From Bacteroidota bacterium (GTDB taxonomy: Bacteria; Bacteroidota; Bacteroidia; Palsa-965), in NCBI GenBank assembly GCA_016194975.1, contig JACQAM010000009.1, forward strand, positions 788 through 64,787: 64,000 bases of DNA, read 5' to 3'. Each line of letters begins with the position of its first letter. Position 1 is the stretch's first letter. A model generated the notes under the pieces. That model saw only the letters and a list, made by a program, of their open reading frames with translations, was not told the origin of the DNA and did not search any database. Shown one piece after another: positions 20,557 through 30,923 of this stretch. The position numbers and the translations under genes are program-made.

Positions 20557-20942
20557 GAGCCAAAGGTACTTGTTTTCGCTGGCGATGAGGAGGATAATCA
20601 GGAGCGAACCACCTGTTCTCCGAATGAGCAGCGCTCCGGCTGACTGTGAAATGTGCGTGGCACAAGTTCACAGCATCCGGGCTAGCGATTCATTCCTGCA
20701 CGGCATTACAATTTTTCCGGCACCCCCTTTGAAACTTGGTGGCTAAAAAAATAAGTACACTTATCCGCTCTGTTCATTCAGGAATAGAAATTGCCATCAT
20801 CTTTGCCCGGAATATGTCGCCAGCTTCTCCCGGTTTTTCAACATCAAAAAGAATCTTTTCAACAATGAAAAAATTCATTCTGCAGGATGTAGTTCACCAT
20901 TCAAAATCAAGTACCTTCGAAGCACTTTTTCCGCGACAATTT

Positions 20943-22469
20943 ATGAGCAGTACGAAGAAGATCAAGAACGCACTCATTTCAGTTTATTTCAAAGATCAAC
21001 TGGAACCCATCATCCGCAAACTGGACGAACTCGGTGTTGGATTATTTTCCACCGGCGGAACGCAGACTTTCATTGAACAACTCGGCGTGAAAGTAACGCC
21101 GGTAGAAAAACTCACTTCTTATCCTTCTATTCTCGGTGGCAGAGTGAAAACACTTCACCCGAAAATTTTCGGTGGCATTCTCAGCCGGCGCGAACTTGAT
21201 TCTGATGTTGCACAACTCGAAGAATATTCCATTCCGGAAATTGATCTGGTCATCGTCGATCTTTATCCGTTCGAACAAACGGTTGCATCGGGAGCGAATG
21301 ACCAGGACATCATCGAGAAGATCGACATCGGCGGCATCTCGCTCATCCGTGCGGGCGCGAAAAATTTTCACGATGTGCTCATCGTCTCTTCAAGAAATGA
21401 TTACGCCGATCTGCTTGCACTGCTGAATAAAAATAACGGAAGCACCGAAGCAGAAGACCGGAAAAAATTTGCTGCCCGCGCTTTCGCTGTTTCTTCCAAT
21501 TACGATTCTGCCATTTTCAACTGGTTCAATCGCGGCGGAGAAATTCCTGCTTTCCGTCATGCTGCGAATGGCGGAAGTTCACTTCGCTACGGGGAGAATC
21601 CGCATCAGCAGGGGAAATTTTTCGGCGAACTCACCGCCATGTTCGATCAGCTTGCCGGCAAAGAACTTTCTTACAACAATCTTCTCGACATTGACGCCGC
21701 TGTCAACCTCATTGCAGATTTCAGTGAAACAACATTTGCAATTTTAAAACACAACAACGCCTGCGGATGTGCGACGAGAAAAACAGTGATGGAAGCATGG
21801 AATGCGGCGCTCGCCGGCGATCCTGTTTCTGCCTTCGGCGGAATCTTAGTTTGCAATCGCCCCATCGATGAGGCCGCTGCTGCTGAGATCACGAAAATAT
21901 TTTACGAAGTGATCATCGCTCCATCGTACGAGCCGAAAGCACTGGAAATTCTGAAGCAGAAACAAAACCGGATCATTCTCGTACAAAAATCAGTAATCCT
22001 GCCTCAGGCGCAATTCCGTTCATTGCTGAATGGAGTCATCACCCAGGACAAAGATCTTCGTACCGAATCTCCCGCGGATATGAAACCTGTAACAAAAGCA
22101 GTTCCGTCCGAAAAAGAATTCCGCGATCTTGTTTTCGCAAACAAACTCGTGAAGCACACGAAGTCGAATACCATTGTGCTCGCGAAAGATCTTCAACTGC
22201 TCGCCAGCGGAACAGGTCAAACCTCGCGCGTGGATGCGCTCAAGCAGGCGATCGCCAAAACACAACAATTCGGTTTTGAACTCGACGGCGCAGTCATGGC
22301 TTCCGACGCATTTTTTCCGTTTCCCGATTGCGTGGAGATCGCAAACGGAGTTGGAATTCGCGCCGTGGTGCAACCCGGCGGATCCATAAAGGATAAAGAT
22401 TCAATTTCATTCTGTGATCAGCATAACCTTGCTATGGTTTTCACAGGAACAAGACATTTTAAACACTAA
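20943..22469 (+). CDS. purH: bifunctional AICAR transformylase/IMP cyclohydrolase
   Basis: ALISV, STGGT, GRVKTLHP, IDIGG, LRYGENPHQ, ASDAFFPF, QPGGS, RHFKH. Confidence 0.97.
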   Translation: MSSTKKIKNALISVYFKDQLEPIIRKLDELGVGLFSTGGTQTFIEQLGVKVTPVEKLTSYPSILGGRVKTLHPKIFGGILSRRELDSDVAQLEEYSIPEIDLVIVDLYPFEQTVASGANDQDIIEKIDIGGISLIRAGAKNFHDVLIVSSRNDYADLLALLNKNNGSTEAEDRKKFAARAFAVSSNYDSAIFNWFNRGGEIPAFRHAANGGSSLRYGENPHQQGKFFGELTAMFDQLAGKELSYNNLLDIDAAVNLIADFSETTFAILKHNNACGCATRKTVMEAWNAALAGDPVSAFGGILVCNRPIDEAAAAEITKIFYEVIIAPSYEPKALEILKQKQNRIILVQKSVILPQAQFRSLLNGVITQDKDLRTESPADMKPVTKAVPSEKEFRDLVFANKLVKHTKSNTIVLAKDLQLLASGTGQTSRVDALKQAIAKTQQFGFELDGAVMASDAFFPFPDCVEIANGVGIRAVVQPGGSIKDKDSISFCDQHNLAMVFTGTRHFKH

Positions 22470-22566
22470 AAAAACAAAAAACAAAATCCAAATAACAAAG
22501 CATGATGAACTGAAACTGATTTATAGACGGACAGTTTTGGAATTTGTTTTTTGAGATTTGGAATTT
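22470..22566. repeat. hairpin element of the GGAATTTGTTTTTTGAGATTT family; related copies at about 23646-23720, 49764-49800 and 57128-57192
   Basis: CAAAAAACAAAATCCAAA pairs with TTTGGAATTTGTTTTTTG (17/18). Confidence 0.6.
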
Positions 22567-22574
22567 TACAAGTT

Positions 22575-23597
22575 ATGGGCATCTTCGATCTCTTCACCCA
22601 GGAAATTGCAATTGACCTCGGAACGGCCAATACAATCATCATTCACAACGACAAAGTGGTGGTCGATGAACCGAGCATAGTGGCCATCGATCGTGCGAGC
22701 GGAAAAGTGATCGCGGTGGGAAAACTTGCGATGCAGATGCACGGAAAAACGCACGAGAATATTAAAACCATTCGTCCGCTTAAAGACGGTGTGATCGCCG
22801 ATTTCCACGCGGCAGAACACATGATCCGCGGAATGATCAAGATGATCAATCCCGGAAGAAAACTTTTTTCTCCTTCACTGCGCATGGTCATTTGTATTCC
22901 TTCGGGGATCACCGAGGTGGAGAAACGTGCGGTGCGCGATTCTGCAGAACATGCCGGCGCAAAAGAATGTTATCTCATTCACGAACCGATGGCTGCTGCG
23001 ATCGGTATCGGTATCGATGTAGAAGAACCGATGGGAAACATGATCATCGATATCGGTGGCGGAACTTCTGAAATTGCGGTCATTGCACTCGGCGGAATTG
23101 TGTGCGATAAATCTATCCGCATTGCCGGCGATGAATTCACCGGAAGCATTGAAGAATATATGCGTCGTCAGCATAACATTCTCATTGGTGAACGCACCGC
23201 GGAAAGAATAAAGATCGAAGTGGGCGCTGCAATGGCGGAAATAGAAAATCCTCCGCCCGATTTTCCGGTGCACGGCCGCGATCTCATGACCGGAATCCCG
23301 AAAGAAATTTATGTATCGTACGTTGAGATCGCACACGCGCTCGATAAATCCATTTCAAAAATTGAAGAAGCTATTCTCAATGCGCTCGAGATGACGCCTC
23401 CTGAATTGTCGGCCGACATTTACCGTACAGGAATTTATCTTGCCGGCGGCGGATCGCTCCTTCGCGGACTCGACAAAAGAATTTCGCTCAAAACAAAATT
23501 ACCGGTTCACGTTGCAGAAGATCCGCTTCGTGCGGTGGCGCGCGGAACCGGCATTGCACTCAAGAACATCGACAAGTTCCCGTTCCTGATCAAATAG
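22575..23597 (+). CDS. mreB: rod shape-determining protein MreB
   Basis: IDLGTANT, IRPLKDGVIADF, EPMAAAIG, DIGGGT, AGGGSLLRG. Confidence 0.97.
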   Translation: MGIFDLFTQEIAIDLGTANTIIIHNDKVVVDEPSIVAIDRASGKVIAVGKLAMQMHGKTHENIKTIRPLKDGVIADFHAAEHMIRGMIKMINPGRKLFSPSLRMVICIPSGITEVEKRAVRDSAEHAGAKECYLIHEPMAAAIGIGIDVEEPMGNMIIDIGGGTSEIAVIALGGIVCDKSIRIAGDEFTGSIEEYMRRQHNILIGERTAERIKIEVGAAMAEIENPPPDFPVHGRDLMTGIPKEIYVSYVEIAHALDKSISKIEEAILNALEMTPPELSADIYRTGIYLAGGGSLLRGLDKRISLKTKLPVHVAEDPLRAVARGTGIALKNIDKFPFLIK

Positions 23598-23742
23598 AAA
23601 AATGAAAAAATAAATTACTGTAAACGATCGCATTCATTTCATAAGAAATCTCAAAACCCAAACTCCAATGCAGAACAAAAGCAAAATGGAATATCCGGGA
23701 TTGTTTTTTGAGATTTTTTCTTTTTAAAATTTTTCACGGAAG

Positions 23743-24570
23743 ATGCGCAACCTTTTCGTTTTTTTAGTCAGGCATTATTTTTTTCTCCTCTTTTTATTTC
23801 TTGAAGTTCTTTCAATTTATTTTCTTGTGCAGAAAAATTATTTCCAGCATGCGAGCGCTGTTTCTTCCGCCAATGCGTTCACAGGTTCTTTGTTCCGGAT
23901 GAAAAACGGGATAATGCAATACCTCGACCTGAAAGATCAGAATCATCTGCTTGCGGAAAAACTTGCGTTGGAATTCGACCGCGACAGTTCCTCGTGGCTG
24001 ATGTACACCAATCGCACTACGCCGGTCAATGATACTTTTTATAAGCAGCGTTACGAATTCCTCTATGCAGAAGTGATCGACAACACGGTGACGGAAAGAA
24101 ATAATTATCTCGTGCTCGACCGTGGGCGATTGCAGGGCGTAGAAAAAGATATGGGCGTAGTTTGCAGTAATGGTGTTGTTGGAATTGTGCGCGAGGTGTC
24201 CGATAATTTTTGCGTGGTAATGTCGGTGCTTCATAAAGATTCACGCATCAGCGCGAGTGTGAAACGCGACGGAACTTTCGGGCAACTCAGTTGGGACGGA
24301 TTCGATTACACCAGAGCAACGCTCACCGATCTGCCTGTGCATTCGAAGATCGCTGTTGGTGATACGCTCATCACGAGCGGGCTCGGCGATGCGTTCCCGG
24401 AAGGAATTCCTGTTGGAATTGTCCGGAAATATGAAAAGAAAGCCGGCGATAAAACGTATACAGTAGATGTACGCCTTTCAACAGATTTCAGGAAGGTGCG
24501 GCATGTTTTCATTGTTAAAAGCCTGGTGCGGGATGAATTGAACGACCTGGAAAAAAAGATCGATAAATAA
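23743..24570 (+). CDS. mreC: rod shape-determining protein MreC
   Basis: Position in operon; N-terminal TM, GVVGIV, GDTLITSG...FPEGIPVG. Confidence 0.93.
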   Translation: MRNLFVFLVRHYFFLLFLFLEVLSIYFLVQKNYFQHASAVSSANAFTGSLFRMKNGIMQYLDLKDQNHLLAEKLALEFDRDSSSWLMYTNRTTPVNDTFYKQRYEFLYAEVIDNTVTERNNYLVLDRGRLQGVEKDMGVVCSNGVVGIVREVSDNFCVVMSVLHKDSRISASVKRDGTFGQLSWDGFDYTRATLTDLPVHSKIAVGDTLITSGLGDAFPEGIPVGIVRKYEKKAGDKTYTVDVRLSTDFRKVRHVFIVKSLVRDELNDLEKKIDK

Positions 24571-24572
24571 AA

Positions 24573-25091
24573 ATGGCCAACGAAACAGGCAAACATATCA
24601 TCCGTTTTTTGCTGCTCATTCTCGGGCAGGGACTCATCCTGAAACATGTGGAGCCCGGATTTTATATCATTCCATTCCTCTACATTTTATTCATCATGCA
24701 ATTGCCTTTTGAAACCCCACCGTGGGCGGTACTTGTCATTGCGTTCTTCACCGGATTCTGTGTCGATCTTTTTTATGATACACTGGGTATGCACATGGCT
24801 GCATGTACTTTCATCGGATGGTTCCGCCCGTCCATTCTGCGTTTCATGGCACCGCGCGACGGTTACGAATTTGCAAGCCGTCCTACTATGCAGGACATGG
24901 GACGCGCGTGGTTCATCACTTATGCATCCATCATCATTGTCATTCATCACTTTCTTCTTTTTTATCTCGAGATGTTTTCACTTCACCAGTTCTTCTTCAC
25001 ATTACTCCGGGTCATCATCAGTTCTGCATCCACATTGTTGCTCGTGATCGTCACGCAATTTCTTATGTATCGACCGAAACAAACGGCATGA
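24573..25091 (+). CDS. mreD: rod shape-determining protein MreD
   Basis: Hydrophobic, GFCVDLFYDTLGMH; lies between mreC and mrdA. Confidence 0.9.
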   Translation: MANETGKHIIRFLLLILGQGLILKHVEPGFYIIPFLYILFIMQLPFETPPWAVLVIAFFTGFCVDLFYDTLGMHMAACTFIGWFRPSILRFMAPRDGYEFASRPTMQDMGRAWFITYASIIIVIHHFLLFYLEMFSLHQFFFTLLRVIISSASTLLLVIVTQFLMYRPKQTA

Positions 25092-26971
25092 ATCCCTCTG
25101 TGCGCAGATATATCATTATCGGTTTTGCAGTGCTCGCTGCGATCCTGTACATCATTCGTCTTTTTTATATCCAGGTAGTTGAAGACAAATACAAATTGGA
25201 TGCGCAGAACCAGGCATTTCTTTATGTAACAGATTATCCGCCGCGTGGCGCGATCTACGACCGCAATGGAAAAATTCTTGTTTACAATCAGGTTGCTTAC
25301 GACCTGATGGTGGTGCCGCGTGATATGAAAGATTGCGACACCATCGAACTCTGTAAAATTTTAAATATCACGAAAGATGAATTCGGCGACCGGCTCGTTC
25401 ATCTCTGCGGAAGTCTCGATAATGCTTCGAAAGATTATCGCAGTTATATTTTCGAAAGCCAGATGTTGCCTGAACTGAATGCGCGCATCCAGGAACGATT
25501 GTATGAATTCAAAGGATTTTATGTGCAGTCGCGTACCGTGCGCAAGTACACGTACACGATAGCTGCGCACCTGCTCGGGTATGTGAATGAAGTGAGCGAT
25601 AAAATTGTGAAAGATGATACTACAGGTTTTTATCAGCCAGGCGATTATATAGGCGCAAGCGGAATAGAAAAATCCTATGAAAAATACCTGCGCGGAAAAA
25701 AAGGAGTGCAAATAAAAATGCGCGATGTGCACAACAATATCAAAGGAAGTTTCAAAGACGGAAAATATGATACTGCCGCTGTTCCCGGATTAAGTCTTAC
25801 GGCTACACTTGATGCCGATCTGCAGGCGTACGGAGAACAACTCATGCAGAATAAGATCGGTGGAATTGCAGCGATCGATCCTTCTACCGGGGAAATTCTT
25901 GCACTCATTACCAGTCCAACGTATGATCCGAATCTTCTTGTTGGCCGTGATCTCCGGAAAAATTATTCACTGCTTTCAGGCGATACAGCCGGAAATCCAT
26001 TGTACAATCGCGCATTGCAGGCGATGTATCCGCCGGGATCAACTTTTAAATTAATGAACTCACTCATTGCGCAACAGGAAGGTGTGCTCACTGCCGATAC
26101 GCGTTACCCGTGCGCAGGAGGATATCCTCCGCTGGGCGGGCATCCGAAATGCGAGCATCATCCTTCTCCGCTTGATCTTACCGGCGCCATTCAGTATTCC
26201 TGCAATTCTTATTTTTCTTATGTGTTTCATTCCATTGTTGCCAATAGAAAATACAAACATGATCGCGATGGTTTTGATGCGTGGAGAAATTATGTGCTGA
26301 GTTTTGGTGTGGGGAAAAAAATGGGAACTGATCTTCCGTTTGAGTTGAAAGGAAATGTTCCCACTTCGCAGGATTACGATAAAGTTTTCGGAAAAGGAAG
26401 CTGGAACGCCAGCACGGTTACCGGTGTTGGTCTCGGCATTGGCCAGGGAGAATTACTGGTGACTCCTTTACAGATGTGTAATATCATTTGCAGCATAGCC
26501 AACCGTGGATTTTATTACGTGCCGCATGTCATAAAAAATATTGGCGATGGAGAAAATAAAATTGTTCTGCCGCAGTGGTCCGTAAAAAATTACACGATGG
26601 TCACCGACACGAATTATTACAACATCGTGATCAATGCAATGAACGAAGTGGTGAAAGCGGGAACAGCAAGAGCTTCATACATTCCCGGTATCGATCTGTG
26701 CGGTAAAACAGGAACAGCGCAGAATCCTCATGGTAAAGATCACTCGGTGTTTGTTTGTTTTGCTCCGCGCGAGCATCCGAAAATAGCTGTAGCTGTTCTC
26801 GTTGAGAATGCGGGTTGGGGTGCGCAATGGGCTGCACCGATCGCGAGTCTGCTCGTAGAAAAATACCTCACCGGAAAAATTTCGCGTCCTGAAATTGAAA
26901 AGCGCATGCTCGATGGAGATCTCATTCATGCCGCGCCCGATCCGAAAGAACAAAAACATGCTGCAAACTGA
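25088..26971 (+). CDS. mrdA: penicillin-binding protein 2
   Basis: RGAIYDRNG; SxxK (PGSTFK), SxN (SCN), KTG (GKTGTAQ). Confidence 0.95.
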   Translation: MNPSVRRYIIIGFAVLAAILYIIRLFYIQVVEDKYKLDAQNQAFLYVTDYPPRGAIYDRNGKILVYNQVAYDLMVVPRDMKDCDTIELCKILNITKDEFGDRLVHLCGSLDNASKDYRSYIFESQMLPELNARIQERLYEFKGFYVQSRTVRKYTYTIAAHLLGYVNEVSDKIVKDDTTGFYQPGDYIGASGIEKSYEKYLRGKKGVQIKMRDVHNNIKGSFKDGKYDTAAVPGLSLTATLDADLQAYGEQLMQNKIGGIAAIDPSTGEILALITSPTYDPNLLVGRDLRKNYSLLSGDTAGNPLYNRALQAMYPPGSTFKLMNSLIAQQEGVLTADTRYPCAGGYPPLGGHPKCEHHPSPLDLTGAIQYSCNSYFSYVFHSIVANRKYKHDRDGFDAWRNYVLSFGVGKKMGTDLPFELKGNVPTSQDYDKVFGKGSWNASTVTGVGLGIGQGELLVTPLQMCNIICSIANRGFYYVPHVIKNIGDGENKIVLPQWSVKNYTMVTDTNYYNIVINAMNEVVKAGTARASYIPGIDLCGKTGTAQNPHGKDHSVFVCFAPREHPKIAVAVLVENAGWGAQWAAPIASLLVEKYLTGKISRPEIEKRMLDGDLIHAAPDPKEQKHAAN

Positions 26972-28314
26972 TGCGGGAAAAAAGCGAAAGTCTTTTTTAC
27001 AACATCGACTGGCTAACGGTCATGATCTTTCTTGCGCTGGTGGTAATGGGTTACATGAATATTTATTCGGCAGATTACGTCCAGGGGAAAAATAATATTT
27101 TTGATTTCAGCCGCCACGAAAGCAAACAACTTGCTTTCGGAATTGCAGCCATCATTCTTGCGTTTTCCATCATCATCATCGACGCCAGTTTTTTTACGGC
27201 AACAGCTTTCATTCTTTACGGCACTATTTTATTCTTCAATGTCGTTGTGCGTTTTCTCGGGAGCGATGTGCACGGAAGTCATTCCTGGTTCAAGTTCGGC
27301 GGATTCAGTTTGCAGCCGGCCGAATTTGCAAAGTGGGCGACGCTGCTTGCACTTGCAAAATATATGAGTGGCGTAAAAGGCGGCGACTGGAAAGTGCGTA
27401 TGCTTTACCCGATGCTCATCATTCTCGCACCGGTATTCATCATGATCGTAATTCAGAATGAAACAGGGTGCGCGCTGGTGTTCGCCGGATTTATTTTTGT
27501 GATGTACCGCGAAGGGATGATCCCCGGCTATCTCATTGTTCTTGGTATGGTGTTCGCTGCCATGTTCATTGTGGGAATAAAATATCCCGGTACCATCGTT
27601 GAGTTGACGAAAACAAAACCGCCGAAGATCGCTCACGTTTTTTTCCAGGCAAAGACAATTCTTATTCCGCTGATCATTCTTGCTGCGGCCGGCATCACTC
27701 GTTTACTTTTTATCCGAAGAACTTTTAAGCAAATTCTTCTTTCCGGAATTCTTGTTGCAGTTTTTACCGGAACTTATGTTGCTGCTCCTGTAGTTCTCGA
27801 AAAACTTCCGGAGCACATGAACGGGAGAATAAAATGCTGGCTCGGTTTAAAAGTGCCGCAAGCTGTGCACGACAAATACGGTTACAATTCCGATCAGGCG
27901 ATGATAGCGATCGGTTCGGGAGGAATGTGGGGTAAAGGGTATTTGCAGGGAACACAAACGAAATTCAAATTTGTTCCCGAGCAGGAAACTGATTTTATTT
28001 TCTGCACAGTAGGCGAGGAGTGGGGATTTGCCGGGACAACTTTTATTATCCTGTTTTATTTATTTCTCATTGCTCGTTTGCTGCGAATGGCAGAGCGGCA
28101 ACGATCGGACTTTACCAGAATTTACGGTTACGGAGTTGCCGCTGTTTTTTTTATTCACCTCATTGTGAATGTGGGAATGGCGATCGGTTTATTGCCTGTG
28201 ATCGGAATTCCATTGCCGTTCTTTTCCTACGGCGGAAGTTCGCTCATCAGTTTCACGATTTTACTTTTCATTTTTGTGAAACTCGACTCGCAACGGCTGT
28301 TGATATTGAGGTAG
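26971..28314 (+). CDS. rodA: rod shape-determining protein RodA (SEDS family)
   Basis: QPAEFAK, AIGSGG..GKG, PEQETDFIF, GIPLPFFSYGGSS; TGATG overlap with mrdA. Confidence 0.95.
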   Translation: MREKSESLFYNIDWLTVMIFLALVVMGYMNIYSADYVQGKNNIFDFSRHESKQLAFGIAAIILAFSIIIIDASFFTATAFILYGTILFFNVVVRFLGSDVHGSHSWFKFGGFSLQPAEFAKWATLLALAKYMSGVKGGDWKVRMLYPMLIILAPVFIMIVIQNETGCALVFAGFIFVMYREGMIPGYLIVLGMVFAAMFIVGIKYPGTIVELTKTKPPKIAHVFFQAKTILIPLIILAAAGITRLLFIRRTFKQILLSGILVAVFTGTYVAAPVVLEKLPEHMNGRIKCWLGLKVPQAVHDKYGYNSDQAMIAIGSGGMWGKGYLQGTQTKFKFVPEQETDFIFCTVGEEWGFAGTTFIILFYLFLIARLLRMAERQRSDFTRIYGYGVAAVFFIHLIVNVGMAIGLLPVIGIPLPFFSYGGSSLISFTILLFIFVKLDSQRLLILR

Positions 28315-28421
28315 AATGGAGTGATAAAAAAAAGCTCCCCATTTCTGAAGAGCATTTCTTTTATTTATTGGCACTCATTTCGATTCGAATATTCGTCCCC
28401 TGCGCGCATCAGGTGTGTTGG

Positions 28422-30572
28422 CTAAAAATGTTTCGCACGATTGTCAATGATCTCTGCCGCTTCATTGAGAATATCGGAAGAAGACGCATCGGCTCTTTGC
28501 GAATACGTTTGAATGAGTTTTGTTTTTTCTGCCGCAAGATCTTTCATCGGTTCGGGTTTCGTTACCGATTCGAGCAGTACCACATAAACACCGATCGTTC
28601 CTTTTATCGTCATCGAAAGTTCACCGGGTTTCATTCCGGCAATTGTTCCGAGTACCGGTGGTTCGAATCCTGCGCCTTGAATGTAAGGTTGAGCGAGCGT
28701 GAGGCCGGTTCCGTTCATGGGTGTAAGTTTTGCATTCGTCGCCCACTGATCGAGTGAATTTGCTTTTACTTTATTCAACTGGTCGGTAAACATTTTCGCT
28801 TTTTTATCTTTGATCACTTCCGGTTCGCAGATGTCGCGCACATCTTCAAAAGGTTTCACTCCTTTGTTGATGATCTTGGTGAGATGACAAACCACGTAAC
28901 GGTCGCCACTCTGGAATGGAGAAGAAACACTTCCCACTTCTGTTTTTTCATCGAACATCCAGCGGATGATCTCTTTCGGATTGTCGAGCGTGGTATTCGC
29001 AATTGTTTTATCATTCAGTTTCACATCGGTCGCTTTACTCACCACCTTATTATCTTTTTGAATTGTTTGCGTAAAAAGATCGCCGGTATTATTTCTTCCT
29101 GCGAATTCGAGCGCTTTGTTGTACACATCACGGATCGTATTATCGGAAGGAACAATTTTTTTACTGATCGTAACCACTTCCACTTTCGAACTGCTTTTCT
29201 TATCCACTACCTGGATCACGTGATAACCATAATCGGATTCCACGATCACTACATCACCGACATTATTATCGTAACCGGCGCTGATGAATTGCGGAATGAA
29301 CGGACTGCTTTTATTCAGCCATCCGTAATCTCCTTTGTTTCCCTGCTTTGCACCCGGATCATCGGACAATTGCTCTACGATATCTTCCATTTTTTTCTTG
29401 CCGGCTTTCACCACTTTCAGAATTGAATCGGCGCGCATTTTTGCTTTTTCTTTCGTGCGGATAATAGTAGGCGCCGCTTTCGCAGCTCCTTTGTAGGCGA
29501 CGAGAATGTGACGAACTCTTATTGAATCGATGCCGGTGGAATCCCTGAATTTTTTAAACACTTCAATATTTCCACCATCCTGAAAAGGGCCGAGCACATC
29601 ACCGGAAGCTGCTTTCAGAAAAGCGCTGTCTGAACCTGCAGGAAATTGTCCGGGGTGAAGGAATTTTTTTTCATAAACGCCATTGTCATCGTGTGCTTCA
29701 ACGAATTCCGAATCTGCAACGCCGGTTTTTTCTTTGAAATCGGAAGCAACTGTTTCCATGTTTTTGCGTTCCGTAGCAATATCATCGGCAGAAGCAAAAA
29801 CATCGAACGGAAGAAATTCCATATCGCGCGTGTCGTCGTGTTGTTTGAATTTGTACTGGTGCGAATTGTAATAATCTTTCAGTTCCGCATCACTGGGTTT
29901 GATGAGTGAATCGGGAACGTCGGCATATTTTTTTACAATGAATTTGAAATTGTATTTCGTGTTTTCGTCCGCGTATTCGTGATTGGCTTCTGAAGTGGTC
30001 ACATAAAATCCTTTTCGCAGAAGGGTATTGTATTTTTCAAGAAGGAGATATTTTGAAATTTCCTGTTCTTCCATTGCCCAGCCGCTTTCCTGTTCTGCCG
30101 GAAGTTGTTTTACATAACCACTCACAGCAGCGCCGCTCAGTTGTCCGTCTGGCCCCTGGTATTGCTGGAAAATTTTTCCTGACTGATCGGAGAAATAACG
30201 ATTAAGATAAGGAGTAGGATGCGGGCCATACAGTTGTTCAGAAAGTTCATCGATCGTAACGCTGATACCGAGTTTATCATACTGCGGTCCGTAAACATAT
30301 TTATTTACGAGTTCCTGCCAGATCCCGTCTGAAAGTTGTGCCTGCTCTGATTCAGAAAGACTTTTTCCATTGGAAATTTCATCCATACGCGTACGGAATT
30401 CTCCGAGGGAAACCGTGTGGCCGCCGATCTCTCCAACATCATTCGATCCGGCGCCGCCGAAAATGCCGCGCTGCGAATTGAAAAGATCAGTTAAAACGAA
30501 AGCTAAAAGTGCGAGGAAGATGATGCCTACCAAGAGGCCTACCCGACTGCGGATGCGTGCTAAAATTGACAT
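28422..30572 (-). CDS. ppiD: PpiD-like membrane-anchored peptidylprolyl isomerase (SurA N-terminal + parvulin domain)
   Basis: N-terminal TM anchor, VRHILV, SDDPG..GDYGW, ESDYGYHVI. Confidence 0.85.
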   Translation of the reverse strand: MSILARIRSRVGLLVGIIFLALLAFVLTDLFNSQRGIFGGAGSNDVGEIGGHTVSLGEFRTRMDEISNGKSLSESEQAQLSDGIWQELVNKYVYGPQYDKLGISVTIDELSEQLYGPHPTPYLNRYFSDQSGKIFQQYQGPDGQLSGAAVSGYVKQLPAEQESGWAMEEQEISKYLLLEKYNTLLRKGFYVTTSEANHEYADENTKYNFKFIVKKYADVPDSLIKPSDAELKDYYNSHQYKFKQHDDTRDMEFLPFDVFASADDIATERKNMETVASDFKEKTGVADSEFVEAHDDNGVYEKKFLHPGQFPAGSDSAFLKAASGDVLGPFQDGGNIEVFKKFRDSTGIDSIRVRHILVAYKGAAKAAPTIIRTKEKAKMRADSILKVVKAGKKKMEDIVEQLSDDPGAKQGNKGDYGWLNKSSPFIPQFISAGYDNNVGDVVIVESDYGYHVIQVVDKKSSSKVEVVTISKKIVPSDNTIRDVYNKALEFAGRNNTGDLFTQTIQKDNKVVSKATDVKLNDKTIANTTLDNPKEIIRWMFDEKTEVGSVSSPFQSGDRYVVCHLTKIINKGVKPFEDVRDICEPEVIKDKKAKMFTDQLNKVKANSLDQWATNAKLTPMNGTGLTLAQPYIQGAGFEPPVLGTIAGMKPGELSMTIKGTIGVYVVLLESVTKPEPMKDLAAEKTKLIQTYSQRADASSSDILNEAAEIIDNRAKHF

Positions 30573-30683
30573 GGAAATTGACGTTTATTATAATGGGGCA
30601 CGAATATACGATTAATGGCCAAAAACACGAAGAGGGAAAGGGGAATTATAGAGTGAAAAAACTGTATTTAAAAGGCACTCTCC

Positions 30684-30905
30684 TCAGGAAATATCATTTT
30701 TGCGATTCTCTTTTTCATCGGCGCGCTGGAGGATGCGGTTGAATCTTCTTCTCATCAGGTACATTACTATGGCGAATGAACTTACGAGCGATGCAAATCC
30801 ACCGTCTTCATTCGCACCAATGACAAAAAGATAAATGGTGATGCCCACGCACATGACCGCCATGGTGAGCCACACATATTCAGTAAGACGGAGATATTTA
30901 CGCAT
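30684..30905 (-). CDS. small two-TM hypothetical protein
   Basis: Two hydrophobic helices and a basic C-terminus; usual position downstream of lptC. Confidence 0.65.
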   Translation of the reverse strand: MRKYLRLTEYVWLTMAVMCVGITIYLFVIGANEDGGFASLVSSFAIVMYLMRRRFNRILQRADEKENRKNDIS

Positions 30906-30923
30906 GCAGCAAAATTATTGTTT

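Noticed and set aside
20572..20700. ZMP/ZTP (pfl) riboswitch upstream of purH
   Set aside because: CTGGCG, GGAGCG and AACCACC fragments are present but in the wrong arrangement. The GACTGGCG core and the 3' GCCTGGGC are missing, and the likely purH promoters lie downstream of it.
20736..20942. N-terminal extensions in the ORF track (purH; also mrdA 24803, 9328, 40707, fbp 55275, coaX 33925)
   Set aside because: The extensions are non-homologous-looking or overlap neighbours; downstream ATGs match the family N-termini.
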